A stretch of DNA of 64,000 nucleotides from the IMG/VR virus record IMGVR_UViG_3300044974_000943; one strand, written 5' to 3'. The DNA is from a virus. Both the position numbers and the translations under genes were made by a program. Of this stretch, positions 40,415 to 52,951 are shown one piece after another; position 1 is the first letter of the stretch; every line of letters starts with the position of its first letter. The notes below the pieces were generated by a model. It saw only the letters and a list, made by a program, of their open reading frames with translations, made no database searches and had not been told where the DNA came from.

Positions 40415-43400
40415 GTATTTAGTCGTTAATATTAGTTAAAGTTGTACTTGATACCCCCACAATAGAGGGTGTTGCCCTTTTTAGGGGTGTTCGCATAAGT
40501 TTCACCAGATTTATTCAGAGTTGAGTTCCTGCGAGTTACCGACGATTATATTCTCTAACGTATTTACTAAGGTCGTCACCTGCTAAAAGGAGGAGGTCGT
40601 GCTAATGTCTTGCAGGTCATAAGACTAATCTCCAAATAGAGCGTATACGATTGTCAGCACGAAAGTACCATTGATAACAAGTGAAGCGGCAGCAGGAAGG
40701 AAAATAGCAACTACAATTGATGCAGCGATGCCTACAGTGAATAAGGTAATGGTGGTTTGATTCTTAGTCATGATGCGTACCTCTCTTTCTGTAATGTAGA
40801 GTGATTATCGTTCTTGTCATTCAAGTACCAAGTCACCAGTCTCACATCTTGGTATTCGAGTCGGTCTTGCTCCAGTTCACCAGCTAATACCAGTATGATA
40901 TCCGTATCAGGGCTAGTTGGTAAATCTACCCGTAGAGCGAGTTTAGTTACCTCATAGTCAGGATTCAAGACAATCTCGAAAATGTTCTCATGAGACGCTG
41001 ATGCTAGGAGGGCAGAAAAGAGAGTGGTGTCCTTGATGCCAGCATAGTCAGTGCGTGAAATATTGAATGAGCCATTACCTTTGGTGACATAGTAGCCAGT
41101 ACAATGCCAAGGGTAGCTTTTCCACTTATGGTTAGCATGATTAGAGATTATGAGAAACTTCTGTGCGTGAGCGAGTAGCGCGAGTTGTTGAGCGATGATA
41201 TAAGGGTCGCGGAACTTGCGTGGTGCGGTCTGGCGATGGTGTAACTGCGTAGTAGCGGTCATTTCAGGATTACCTCTTGTAGTAGTAGAATTTAGTCGCT
41301 AAGGATTTCTTGATTGTGATAAGGCGGAAAGGTCTTGCAGTAACGTCCCCGCCTCACCTGAGATTGAAAGTTCGATTGTCATGGTGTTTCCTCATCTAAG
41401 TACCAGTCAATATAGTCCCAAAACTCAGCAAGCAAAATCTCGAAGTCTTTACGTTCGATTGGTTCTGCGCCTGTATAAACGAGAGAATAGTCTGAAGTGT
41501 TTTGTAAAACGTCTACAGAGGGAAACCCATCGTTGTTGTCGGTAAAGTCGCAAAAAGCTTCCTTCAGTTCTTGATAAGTTTTAATCATTACAGCGTCACT
41601 CCAAATCTAGTTTGAGCAAACTCCAAGCAGTCGTCAACATCAGTAAACACTTTCTCACACAATCGCCCAGCGTGACGATAGAGAATCACAAGTTCTGTTT
41701 CTGTGTGAAGCAAGATGAACTCTTTGACTGTGAAAGGTTTACCAGCGATTTTCTGGGGTTTGTAGCCCGTTGCAAGTTTACTTAGAGTAGAATCTAGCTT
41801 TTGGTCTAGGAAAGTGCGGTACAAGTCGAATTGAGGGTAAGCAGATAGTCCTGTAGAAGTGGTAGCTAAGGCATTAATACGATAGCCAGCTTTATTGTGT
41901 GTGGCGAGAGTCATTTTGTAAAGCCCCTGAAAAATAGTGAAGATGAGCGTCAGCGAATGAACCCCGTATAGCCGATAGGTCAGCTTTGAGCAGTTAGTCG
42001 AAGAGAATGTCGCCAATAGTATTTTGGCTAACTGGCAAACTGAAGCTACCGTGTCTGAGAGGCACTTCTGCGTCAATACTCCACTCTACTAACACATAAA
42101 CATTCTCAGCATCGATTTGTGTGATGGTGAAAGGTCTATTGGAATGCTCTTTGATGAGGGAACTGACAGCTTCGATGGTGTGTAGTGTCTTGGCAGATAG
42201 AGCATCATTTTGAGCTTTGATATTAGAAGCTTGCTCGTCTAGGTCTACTAGTTGATGTGCCACCTCATTGACTGAAATAGGGAAGTCTAGTGTAGTTGAA
42301 GCTGAAGTGTACTCATTGGAAAGTATCACATAAGTATTGAATTGCACAGGAAACTCATTGTGGAATTTTTCGATGTACTCTTGTAGAGCTTCGATTGTCT
42401 CGATAGTCTCAACAAGTGAACCATCTTCAGCGATGTCAACGTAAACAAATGATGTAGCCATGAGAATTGCTCCTTATTGTAGTTGGGTTGGGGTAACGCT
42501 TTCGCTAGATTACCTTTGGCTAGGCAGTACAAGACTACCCAGCGAGAGAGAATCTAATTTGTCAGGTATCCGATACTTTCTTGAAACTGTTTCGCCTTAT
42601 CCCAGATTTCTTGAGGTGCTGAGACTGTAATTTCTTGACCAAAAGCATCTTTGGGTTTGTGTTTGGTGATTTTGATACGCTCAATATCAAACTCATCTAC
42701 AGGATATTGGTAATTACCCGACCTGTGCATATATTCCATGAATGAAATTAAAGCAAGTCCAAAACTGTGAGGGTCTTTCCGTTCACAATTCCTACCTTCG
42801 TGGTGATTTCCCTGATACTTCCAGAATGTTGCTTTTTTATTATTCATGATGCCTCTAGCTCCTGTGTGATGCGTTGATATTCTTGGAAATGATACTGAGC
42901 AGCTTTTTGTTTTTTAGTGCGTTCTAGTTGCTCTTGTTGTTTTCGTTGTGTTTCGTACTGTGTTGCATCAAACTCAAAACTGAATAACGATGCAATGTGT
43001 TGTGTTGAATCAATCAATGCGTGAATGCTTTCATAGCTTATATTTTTTTCTATAGCTTTGTCAAGCACTTTTTTCGATTGAGCAAAGATATTTTTTGGAT
43101 TTACATCTTTAGGAGTAGCCCAAATTGGGTAGGTTACAAGACGTTCACACCAAAGAAATTCAGCAGTTGGGGCAAAGCAAAATTCATTGTAGGGAACATG
43201 AACAATATTTTCTCTTTCTGCCATTGAGCGAAGCGAGTGTACTTGCCTACGATTATGCATCTTAGATGAGCCACAATCGATGAACAGCACTTCGTTTTGC
43301 CAAGCGGCTATCATTTCACCAGAAGCATACAAATGACCGTCACAGTCGATTTGCAGACCACTGGAAGAGGGGTCGCAAGCTTGCAACAGAAAAGAAGTGA

Positions 43401-44458
43401 GGAGTTGTTCGCGAGAGAGGTTTTTAGTTTTCACTGTATTCCTTTTTACCATAAGTAAATGTTTCCAAGTAACGATTAAAACCTGAAGTAATGTAAAGCC
43501 AGTCATCTACTACTAGCATTTTAGATAGGATGAGGTAGTAAAAAGAGAGCATCAAAGAAACTTCTTGAAACTCGCCATTAGTAAGCGCCCAGATTTTACC
43601 CGACCCTATTTCTACAAGGTTTTGTCCCTGTAACTGGTATTTAAGTGTTTTCATTGTTAGAATTTCTCCAAGTTTTTCAATTCTTTTCTGGTTTTGTTAG
43701 ATGCGATGTGCAAGCGCTTGGCTACAATATCTTGCAAAGCGGCAGTAAGTAACAAATCAGCGAGTTCGATGTTGTCAGGGTAAGCATCGAAGTCAATAGC
43801 ACCAGAATTTATTAGAAATTCCGCCCTTGCTTTTACTTCTGCTTTGATTTTGTATTCAAGACGATTTTGGATAGTTTCCCAAACTGTGAAAGAGTTAGAC
43901 ATTTAGAAATTCTCCTAGAGATTGCAAGATTTGGTGATTTGAGACTTGTTGCAGGTGTGAGGCTATCTTTACAAGGTTAACTTGGTTGCGTGTCTTGGTG
44001 ACGCTTTTCTCAGCGATTGAGAGTTGATAGCAGTGAGTGAGTTTAGATAGGTTCATAGGTAGTTGTGATTTTGATAAGTCTCCATAACTCATGCTCATAA
44101 TTTTTCTCCGAAAAGTTGGCAGAAAGAATGAGCGTCAGCGAATAAAGAGAGGGTATTTAAGGGATACACCCTCTCAATAGTTTGTTAGTAGGTCAATCGA
44201 ATACGCTTAAAGCCATCTTCTTTTTCAAGAGAGAAGGGAATAGATGCTTCACTTAATTCCAAAAGCTTGAGGCGCAGATTTTCCCAGTCTGCATTGTTGT
44301 TTACAAGGGAATAGCTGACTTGAGTAGGTGCGGGTAATGTTTGTAGTGATAGCATTTCAGTGCTTCTACGATTAGAAGTCCGTCTTGAAAATTCTGTATC
44401 TTGCATTTTGTTTTGTGATTGAGTAATGGTTAACATTGATTACTCTTATCTGTCCAGT

Positions 44459-44488
44459 AGCTTATACCAGACAGATAGGAAAAGTCAA
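44459..44488 (-). promoter_or_regulatory. Sigma70-type promoter
   Basis: TTGACT-N18-TAAGCT. Confidence 0.65.
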
Positions 44489-45933
44489 GTTTTTTTGTAC
44501 GTCTTTGGAAGTAAGTTTAGTAAGTCCACGATTTTAAAAGATTTTTAGTTAGATAGCTATCAACTAGTTTGATGTAATCCATATCCAACTCCAACTTATT
44601 TAGCCTTGTGTGCTTACATAGGTGTTTGCCTATGGTGAAGTTGATAAGAAACCTTTTCAGGATTTCTTCGCTAGCATTTTCCAAGCCGTAATCAAGAATA
44701 GCTTCTTGCAATCCTTCAGCTAGTGTTCGACCGTAATCGTTATCGCAAAGTTTAGCGACAATAAAGTTGTTAGTCATGATTGTGTCCAATCTCTTTTTTA
44801 ATTTTCATCGTGCCAAGTATTGATTCGTAAGCTTCAATCTTGGCATTTTTTTGCGCTGTAATTTCGAGTGTGTCGTAAATGCGTTGCTCATAACCTAGAT
44901 GGAAGCAAGCAAAGCCTGACATAACACAGCCTAGAACGAAACCAAAAATAGTTCCTTCAATCATGATTATCTCTAGTCAACCTCATAGAAATTGTACTGC
45001 TCACCCTTCAACAAAGCATCTACAGCACTAAGTACAGCGTATTGTGTATCAGCGTAGTATTTACCCTCTGGACTCTCTATCACTAAGCCGCCAAACAAAG
45101 CAACATCAACAGTTTGCCAACCATTGCACAGATAATGCTCTAGTAGTTCGCAGAGCGCTGTATCGTGTGGTAGCGAGTTAAGATACTCGATTTCATTTTC
45201 GTCTAGGGTAGAGGGGATAGCAGAACCATCTAGGATAAGGTAGCTCTTTTTCTCACTCAATCGCAATTCAAGACCTGAGTTATTCACAGTGACACCTCTC
45301 TAGTAGTGGATACAACTTCGATAATGCTGTCAATCATTGAATAGTGATACTCTTGCTTGAGAAACCATCGCAAGCTCTCATCAGATACAGCATAGACTTT
45401 GATGCAGTCTTCATAGTCATCACTCTCTTCGTGCTGCACAAACAAATCTAGATTAATTTGTTTCTCTGAGAGTTCTTGTTGCCTATCCGTTTCATTCAGA
45501 GGAGTGAAAAAGATGAAATAGGTTTTGCGCTTTTCAGTCAATTGATACAAGCGCTTGATTTCTTTCTGTAAGTAAGTCTTGACGTTAAAGAATACAGTCA
45601 AGAGGTTATCATCGCTTGCTAGGCTTAGCAAATCTGCATCAGTCCAGGTTATAGACATTAGTTAGAATCTCCCATAGCTTCATGAATAGCAGTCAACAGA
45701 TTTTCAGCTTCAATCTCGCCATTTTCTAGAGCAGTATAGAACAAAGCAGAATCATCGTCATCGTTTACCCCACATTCAGAAGGCGAAGGGGTATAGCCCA
45801 GCCTTGCAGAAAGAATAGAGTATAGGGGGCATGACATACCGCCATGATAATCTGCACAGTACCAGTACAGTGCTTGTGCTGCTTCAAAATAATTTTCTTG
45901 AGTAACTTCCATTTATTCCTACCTTGTAGTTAG

Positions 45934-45998
45934 TGACTTGTCTCATCAATTGCCTAGTAGTCAGCTAGACAAGACCCCATAGGATAGGGGTTTCGACA
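45934..45998 (-). ncRNA. Type II hammerhead ribozyme
   Basis: TGTC-GAAA-CCCC(loop)GGGG-TC^ TTGTCTAG(CTGACTA)CTAGGCAA-TTGATGA-GACA-AGTCA; stems I-III plus a loop/tail pseudoknot. Confidence 0.8.
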
Positions 45999-46022
45999 TT
46001 ACAGGACAGAAGGTTTCGACAG

Positions 46023-46991
46023 TTAAGCTAGACCGATGACAGCCGCAAAGCGCTCTAACTCTTTCGCTTGTATATCATGGCAACCGATACGGATACCCCA
46101 ATCGAATACACCTTGCAGTGTGAAATTACCAACTTGCGTATCGTCAGGCATGGTTTGATTTTTAAATGCCTTGTAGAGACTTGCACAGACTCGCAAGGGA
46201 ACTACAGCACCTCTAGAGGTTTGCACCTTATTCTTTTCGCTAGGGTGAATGCGTAGCACAATTGGGTTAGTGTGTGCGTTAGGGTATGTGTGTGAGACAC
46301 CCGCAAGCCAGTCGAGACGTTCTTGTTTTGAGCGCTCAAAGGCAAGCCTCTCTTTTTCTGCTTTCTTAGCGTTAGCAGCATCTAGCACCGCCTGTAGTTC
46401 TTGAGTCACCTCAAAAGTCAATACAGGATAGTCATCATCAGAGAGTGCAAAATACTCTTTGATGAGATTTGCTTTAGTAGCAAAGCTGAAAGCCATGTTT
46501 TTTCTGTCTTCACTTGTACGGCTAAACTTTTTTAGGCAAGCGGTTCCAAGCAAGGCAACATAGATGTCATGGTATTGTTGCCAAATCTGAGATGCTTCGA
46601 TTTTATGAGGTTCATCGCTGACACTCTTGCGACCATAGTAGCCTCTACCTTTTCCGATAGTCTCAACATCTTGAGATACCCATTTGGGAATATTGTCGTA
46701 ATCAAAAATCTGTTGTGTGACTGCACTGCGAATATCACTCTGATGACCGCTTGTAGTGTGGCTGTAGCTGTAGTTATTCAAGATAACTACAAGACCTTTA
46801 GCACTGTCTCTAAATGCTGCAATGGGGGTAGAGTACGAATACAAAACCTCACCAATATCACTACCATCCTCACCATGCCGCTTAGAAGATTTGAAAGACA
46901 CGTTTGAGCTTCTGCCTTCATTTTGGACACGGTTAGCCCAAATATGGATGCACTCAGAAGCGTTAGAGAATACGCGCTTGATTCTTGCCAT
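46023..46991 (-). CDS. Hypothetical early phage protein
   Basis: 322-aa ORF; YSYSTPIA, YSHTTSGHQ, TSRGAVVP, IGCHDI. Confidence 0.75.
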   Translation of the reverse strand: MARIKRVFSNASECIHIWANRVQNEGRSSNVSFKSSKRHGEDGSDIGEVLYSYSTPIAAFRDSAKGLVVILNNYSYSHTTSGHQSDIRSAVTQQIFDYDNIPKWVSQDVETIGKGRGYYGRKSVSDEPHKIEASQIWQQYHDIYVALLGTACLKKFSRTSEDRKNMAFSFATKANLIKEYFALSDDDYPVLTFEVTQELQAVLDAANAKKAEKERLAFERSKQERLDWLAGVSHTYPNAHTNPIVLRIHPSEKNKVQTSRGAVVPLRVCASLYKAFKNQTMPDDTQVGNFTLQGVFDWGIRIGCHDIQAKELERFAAVIGLA

Positions 46992-47082
46992 GAGATTTTA
47001 ATTCCTGTTTTATTTACAGTAAGTGAGTGAAAAGAGCGCCATAAGCGATAGCTACATTGCTCTTGACTGTCCATAAGTTGAT

Positions 47083-47111
47083 AGCTTACAGACAGTTAGG
47101 AAAAATGTCAA
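47083..47111 (-). promoter_or_regulatory. Sigma70-type promoter
   Basis: TTGACA-N17-TAAGCT. Confidence 0.75.
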
Positions 47112-48721
47112 GCGTTAGCCGTAGATGTAAAACCTATCGAATAGACTTCCATCGTTCTCTCAAGGCTTTATTGATACCCCGCCCGATTGCCTCATCAAAT
47201 TCTAGCCAAGGTTCAAACTTAACCCTTGGATTATCTTCCGTCTCGTTAATAGCGTTAGCCAAGAACTCAAAAGGGCTAAACTGTCTACCATCACTCTCGC
47301 ATTCATAGGCATAGTTAGTATGAAACTCTAGCCAATTATCAGAGGTGATTTTGACTCTTTTACGTTCATCTAGAAATTGACCATCGCCATAGTCACCTAT
47401 ATCTACAAGGTCTATCGACTTTGCGATGCTGTAGCCACGTTGTAGCCCTTCGGCTATAATTTCACGTTTGTTCATTGATTCCTTACCCTATAGGCAAGTT
47501 TAGCGGTTAGTAGAGATATGCACTTTAGGTGAATACTCTTGACAGCACAGTAAAAAACTATGCTGTTAGGAATAGTCAGTGCTACATGATGTTATCTATA
47601 CCGTAGTAGCTTATCAAGTCTTGTATTAGATACATAATAATTCCTAGCCTATAGCTAGTTTGAGATTTTTTAGGGAATATTTTATTATTCGATAGGGTTG
47701 AATAAGGGTACGCCCTTTATCCCATAATGTTACAAGGTTTTCAACCTATCAATAACATACTCAAAATCAGCACTATTTCTAATCTTAGAGACAGAATCAT
47801 AGTGTTGCATCTCTATAGAGCCTTTAGGGTTGCCAAGCCCCTGATTATAGAGTTCAATACCTCTAGCACAAGTTTTACTATTCCAAAACATATCTTCTGT
47901 GAGTTGTTCTGAAATATCTAGTAACTCTGCACGAATTGCAGAGAGTCTCTCTATAATTTTAGACTTTTGCGAGACATAAACGTATCCCTCACTCATAGTT
48001 CCTACTCCTTTGTAGTAATAGACATAGCGTTAGTGCTAGTCTTAGCTGTGCTGTCAGCTTAGTTAATGCAAACTCTCAAACCGTACTACTAAGCGCTCTA
48101 TAGTCTTTTGTAGCTTGTCGTATGATTCATCACAATCACCATTTTTAATTACAAAACCAAATAATGACTTGACATCAGATAGAATAAGCTCTTTAGTAGA
48201 ATACTCTTTTCTATCTGCTTTCAACAAAGCCAGCTTATTTTCTAGCTCTTTAATTTCAGCATCATAATTAGCTGAAACCTCACCTCTATCCAATCTATTA
48301 GCAAAGTTATCTTTGTTAGTTGGATAGCATTCATGTTCTAATGAAATTCTACTCATTTTGCCTTATCTCCTATATTTTCAAGTGATAAGCTTTACAGCAC
48401 AGTTAGGACTAGACTAACTTAACTTGTTTTATTTGCTTTGCTGACTTTAAGTTATAGCAGTATTACAGCTAACAGACTTTACTGAAGCGTTACATTTACA
48501 AAGTTAAGTATGTCATTGTCACATCTTGCAGTTTTTAGGTGACTGCTAACTTTCCGAGGCTTAACTGTTCTTACGGTTCTATAGGTTAAGCTCTATCTAA
48601 CGCCTTACGTTCAATCCCTTGCTATCAGGATAACTGCGATTAGATAATCCTAAAAATAAAACTGGGTTTTGTGTAGTTATTCAATTTTCAAGGTTCTTTG
48701 CGTTTTTTAGTTCGCTTTAGT

Positions 48722-48750
48722 AGCTTAGTTGTTTTCTTTTTGTTTGTCAA
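48722..48750 (-). promoter_or_regulatory. Sigma70-type early promoter
   Basis: TTGACA-N17-TAAGCT. Confidence 0.75.
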
Positions 48751-48854
48751 GCGTTTTAAGAAAAATCTTTTTCGCTTGAAACAGAAAGAAAAAAGTCAGC
48801 TAGAGACGCGCTTTGCTTGGCTTTCGCTTAGCTGTTTCGTATCTCATGTAAATC

Positions 48855-48883
48855 AAGTTACCAGTATCAGATAGTATTGTCAA
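48855..48883 (-). promoter_or_regulatory. Sigma70-type early promoter
   Basis: TTGACA-N17-TAACTT. Confidence 0.65.
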
Positions 48884-49635
48884 GCCCTAATTTTAAACTA
48901 TTTATTTTTTTGGGCTGTTTTTGGTGCTATACGCTATACAGGATAAGGCTTACACGATTTTAAAATTTATTTTTTGGCTAGTAGTCTATATATGTCTAAT
49001 TCTAGTGTCTAGTTATATCGGTTTACAGTGTGAGTTATTAGCTATTTAGGCGCTTGGTTATCTTGCTTGGTTGTATTGATAGGGTTTTATATTGGCTACC
49101 TACATTTTGGGGTTTTATTTTTTGGCTGTATGTTTGTTCACTGGAATGTCATTCTATTTTATTTTAAGTTACCCGAAAGTTTTAGTAATCGTATTTAATT
49201 CTCCTGAGTGAAAGTAATCTAAAAGGATGAGTGACTTAATTAAAATCGCTCAAACGATTATACTGTATAGGATGTATAATGTACTGTATCGGATTATACA
49301 ATGCAAAGAGTGATATTTATGTGAGAGATGTGATATTTGTCTTAGGGAAGTGATAGGGTTAAGAGATAGAATGTGAGGTTTGTGTGAGGGATAGAAGGGG
49401 TTTTGTTCGTGTCATGTACAGATACGGGAAATTTTCGGGAGTGAGAATGATTATCATTTTGCTTCGACCCCCTCGATATATCGATGCTCATCAATACCCC
49501 TATGCAATTAGTTGCACATATCCCTCTCATTTTGAGAACACGCACCTCTGCTACGCTGAATCGCCAAAAGCATACATAAGATGAAGCGAAGCGTAACGTG
49601 TCATAATATAGGCTAAACACACCATTAAAAACATC

Positions 49636-50109
49636 ATGACCCGTCACTTTACAATTGAAATCCTCGTTGACCGCAAAGCCAAACTTGCTATAGTTACTTA
49701 CAAAATTACGCCACTAATCCCATCCACATCAAGTAAAAATAGCTCCTTTCATATTGACGAGCTACCCAAAATCAAGCACAGCATCACTAACCTTGAATGT
49801 ATAAGCGCATTTGGTAACTGGTACGATTCAGAAAAAGAATTTTACGATACTTTCCCTTTTATATATTTTGACGAGTGGTTCAGTATTGGCTCTAACGAAC
49901 AAGGGTACTTTGATACAGAAAAACTTGATTACACACCTTTCATCGAAATCATCAAGACCTTCAAGACCCACGCCCCAAGCCCAGACCAATTTCCTACGCA
50001 ATCAGCTAAATGGCGTTGTCAGAGTAACTCTTTTCTAGCACAGCTAAAATACATCGAGCAGTATATTGAGTCTAAGTATTCCTACTGCTTTAAAAAAGGT
50101 GATTTATAA
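49636..50109 (+). CDS. Hypothetical protein, first gene of the plus-strand arm
   Basis: 157-aa ORF. Confidence 0.6.
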   Translation: MTRHFTIEILVDRKAKLAIVTYKITPLIPSTSSKNSSFHIDELPKIKHSITNLECISAFGNWYDSEKEFYDTFPFIYFDEWFSIGSNEQGYFDTEKLDYTPFIEIIKTFKTHAPSPDQFPTQSAKWRCQSNSFLAQLKYIEQYIESKYSYCFKKGDL

Positions 50110-50138
50110 TAAATAAATTAACTACGCAGTAAATCCTC

Positions 50139-50492
50139 ATGCAACACTTCGCAAATTTCGGAATCGAACAAGTAGCCAAACAAGGAATGGGCTATTTACA
50201 AAATAATCCTATTAAAGGTCTAGCTGCGGGTGGAGCTATAGGAGGAGCAATTCATGGTACAGGCATCCTAGAGACAGAAGAAGAAAAGGCTAAAACAACG
50301 GGTCTTGAACGTTTAGGTAAGATTGTAGGTAACAGCGCTCTTGGTGCAAGTACAGGAGCAGCTAGTGGCTATGCAATGCAAAAAGGAGGTCAGCTTGGCG
50401 CAAAATATGCTCGTCAGAAAAAAGCTGATGCAGATGCGCTTAATAAGGCTTTTCCTTTTGAATTAGATTTACCTGATGATTGGGCAAAATAG
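50139..50492 (+). CDS. MQHFANF-leader glycine-zipper protein
   Basis: Leader plus GGAIGGA...ETEEEKAKTTGLERLGKIVGN; paralog of the domain starting at 55455. Confidence 0.8.
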   Translation: MQHFANFGIEQVAKQGMGYLQNNPIKGLAAGGAIGGAIHGTGILETEEEKAKTTGLERLGKIVGNSALGASTGAASGYAMQKGGQLGAKYARQKKADADALNKAFPFELDLPDDWAK

Positions 50493-50769
50493 ATAGCTCA
50501 TTGCCGCAGGGCTAGGCTGCGCCGCCAAGAGTGACCCTCCAGAAGAAGGAGTAGTAATATAAGGCACACCAAAAACAATGGTTATTCAACGATTCCTCGA
50601 CGTTTGAGGCACTTCAATAAATATGCAAATTTGAAAGTATAGGCAGCAAACACTCGATATACCACTAGTTTTTTCTCGACTACCAATAGTTTTCAAACAG
50701 AAAAAGGCAGCATAGTTTTTCTAGTGCTATTGGTTATGCTATACTTATTGAATAGTAATAAAGACAGAT

Positions 50770-51450
50770 ATGAAGTATGCAAACCCCATAGAAGCTGATA
50801 CAATTGAGACATCGCTTGCTACCAGACCCATAGACATAGACGCGATTATAGAGACTGCAAACGACAGCAACTATAAAAACGTTCTAGGTGTGGTTTTAGG
50901 TTATCTTGTACAAACCGATAAAAACTTCGACACCTTAAAGAAAAATCAGGAACAAACTAACGCACAATTACGTGAGTTAATCGAGAGTGCTAAAGATACT
51001 AGAGTAACAGAAACCAAGTTAGCTAAGTTTTTTGTGACTGCGCCTTATTTACTAGACAAGTTTAACTATGATGCAGAAAATAAACAACTACTCTATAAAA
51101 ACTCCCCAATAAAAGACGGAGACGACTGTATAGCATTCTTATCGATAGATTTACAAAACTACTTCTCTGGGCATATACCTTACGGAGTACTGTTAACTGG
51201 TATTAAGCGTTACTTTGCAATTTTGCGTAGACAAGACAATATCCTTGTTAATTTCGTCGAAGAGTATCTTGAGGACTATTTCTCGACCTACACAACAAAA
51301 AAACGTACCCGCATTTACTTAAAAGATATTAAAAAAGCTTGTGAAGGCTATCCAGATAGCACCCAGAAGCTTCTAAAATCTATTATGGATGATTTAGGCT
51401 ACACAGAACACAAAGACACCTCAAGAGCCATTTATTACACAAAACCATGA
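50770..51450 (+). CDS. Hypothetical protein, paralog of 32014..32700
   Basis: 226 aa, extended -10 TGcTATACT upstream, coupled to a GIY-YIG gene. Confidence 0.7.
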   Translation: MKYANPIEADTIETSLATRPIDIDAIIETANDSNYKNVLGVVLGYLVQTDKNFDTLKKNQEQTNAQLRELIESAKDTRVTETKLAKFFVTAPYLLDKFNYDAENKQLLYKNSPIKDGDDCIAFLSIDLQNYFSGHIPYGVLLTGIKRYFAILRRQDNILVNFVEEYLEDYFSTYTTKKRTRIYLKDIKKACEGYPDSTQKLLKSIMDDLGYTEHKDTSRAIYYTKP

Positions 51451-51956
51451 CACAGACATTTATCTATGCTATCTACAACAAAACTAAAAATGAAGTAAAG
51501 ATTGGGTATTCTACTACCCCAGCTAAACGACTCTCCCAATTGCAAACAGGCAACTCTGACCGATTGGAGTTACTATGCACTTTTAAAGGGAGTGCTAAAA
51601 TAGAGGCTGAAATTCATGAAAGATTACACCAAGACCGTTTAATTGGGGAATGGTTTAGAATGTCTTCTTCTGTTTCCTATGTCTTGTCTGAATACAACTT
51701 TGCTAGTTTGCAATCTATTGTTGCAGACATTCCTAAAGTATTTGAGCAAGACCTATTAAAAATCTACAATGAGTTCATTTCCTCTAGCAAAACAAAGAAG
51801 CGCACTAGAGCGCCTTTAAAGTATCTTGTAGAGGCTTTTCCTAATTACACAAGAAAACAAGTCATCGCATCTTTAAAGTCTTCTAGTAGCTTTATAATAT
51901 TGCCAAATACAGATGGCAACGGAATATATGTATCTAAACAAACCAGCGTAGCTTAA
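51447..51956 (+). CDS. GIY-YIG (T5orf172/MUG113-like) nuclease-domain protein
   Basis: FIYAI...VKIGYS...RLSQLQTG...E..IH...GEWF. Confidence 0.82.
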   Translation: MTQTFIYAIYNKTKNEVKIGYSTTPAKRLSQLQTGNSDRLELLCTFKGSAKIEAEIHERLHQDRLIGEWFRMSSSVSYVLSEYNFASLQSIVADIPKVFEQDLLKIYNEFISSSKTKKRTRAPLKYLVEAFPNYTRKQVIASLKSSSSFIILPNTDGNGIYVSKQTSVA

Positions 51957-52141
51957 CCATGCCCAATCCTAAATCCCTCCCCCTGACCCTCAGCCTCCTT
52001 TTCTGTCCCATAGCGCCAGCGTTGAGCGCCAGCCAAGACTTCCACCCCAAAGTTCTCATCAACTGCTATACCTACTGCAAGCCAAGTCAGCGAAGTACAG
52101 TATAATAGAAACGTAGTAGGACAACCAGTTACACGATAATC

Positions 52142-52951
52142 ATGCAACACTTCGCCTCCTTTCAGTCGCCTTTAGCTTCATTTATCCGTTTAAGTGACAA
52201 AAACATCAACGCCGCTAGAGAATTGAGCGTTAGGAATTTAAGGGGTATAAACAAATCAGATAGTTTTATGAGTCTTAGTGGTCTAAAACCTACAGACAAT
52301 ACTAGTTTAACAAGGCACGATGCCATTCAACACACCCCCATAACTAAACAACATTACAAAACATTAGTAGGAAAAGACCCCAACCAGTATTTCCCCGAAG
52401 GCAGCTTAGCTAAAACTACAGGTATGAACACTACAATGCCGTTAGTCCCTAACGTACCTGAAAGAGTGAATACACCTATTGAATTAATGGCAGATACTCT
52501 AAGCGACCCCAGAAATAGAGCGCACGTTAGATTTACTGACAGTGTACCTCCTAATATCACACCAGACGTAATCCATAGCTATATTAAAAAGAAAAATACA
52601 GCCCCTGAAAGACTTGCAGCTATGCCACATTTAGGCTATGAAATTGAAAATGTTTCTAATCAACAATTCAGAGAGGACTTCATAAAAAGAATGCAAGGTG
52701 TTAAACCTAGACTACCACCTCAAAAACCAAAGTTACCAGATAAACCTTCCTTATATGACAAATACCAAGCTAGACAAAGCTTTACAGACAATTACCCTAA
52801 ATATAATGGACAGCAGTATGACGAGTGGGAAGCTAGAAAATTAACAGGGGGGTTGGAAGCAGGGCTTACCCCACTACCGCCAAAAACCGAAAACAAACTA
52901 CGCCAAATCTCTAACAGGAGATACGAAGAACAAAGGAACGCTAAAAACTAA
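52142..52951 (+). CDS. MQHFASF-leader protein of unknown function
   Basis: Leader; basic and Pro-rich; upstream TATAAT. Confidence 0.75.
   Translation: MQHFASFQSPLASFIRLSDKNINAARELSVRNLRGINKSDSFMSLSGLKPTDNTSLTRHDAIQHTPITKQHYKTLVGKDPNQYFPEGSLAKTTGMNTTMPLVPNVPERVNTPIELMADTLSDPRNRAHVRFTDSVPPNITPDVIHSYIKKKNTAPERLAAMPHLGYEIENVSNQQFREDFIKRMQGVKPRLPPQKPKLPDKPSLYDKYQARQSFTDNYPKYNGQQYDEWEARKLTGGLEAGLTPLPPKTENKLRQISNRRYEEQRNAKN

Larger units (their letters stand above)
40768..48356 (-). other. Cluster of small early (host-takeover) ORFs
   Basis: About 20 tightly packed minus-strand ORFs of 64-322 aa downstream of consensus promoters. Confidence 0.7.

Noticed and set aside
42475-42553. Small structured intergenic element (GGTAA/TTACC pairing, GC-GAAA-GC hairpin) as a ribozyme or riboswitch
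   Set aside because: No complete known core could be matched; too short to support
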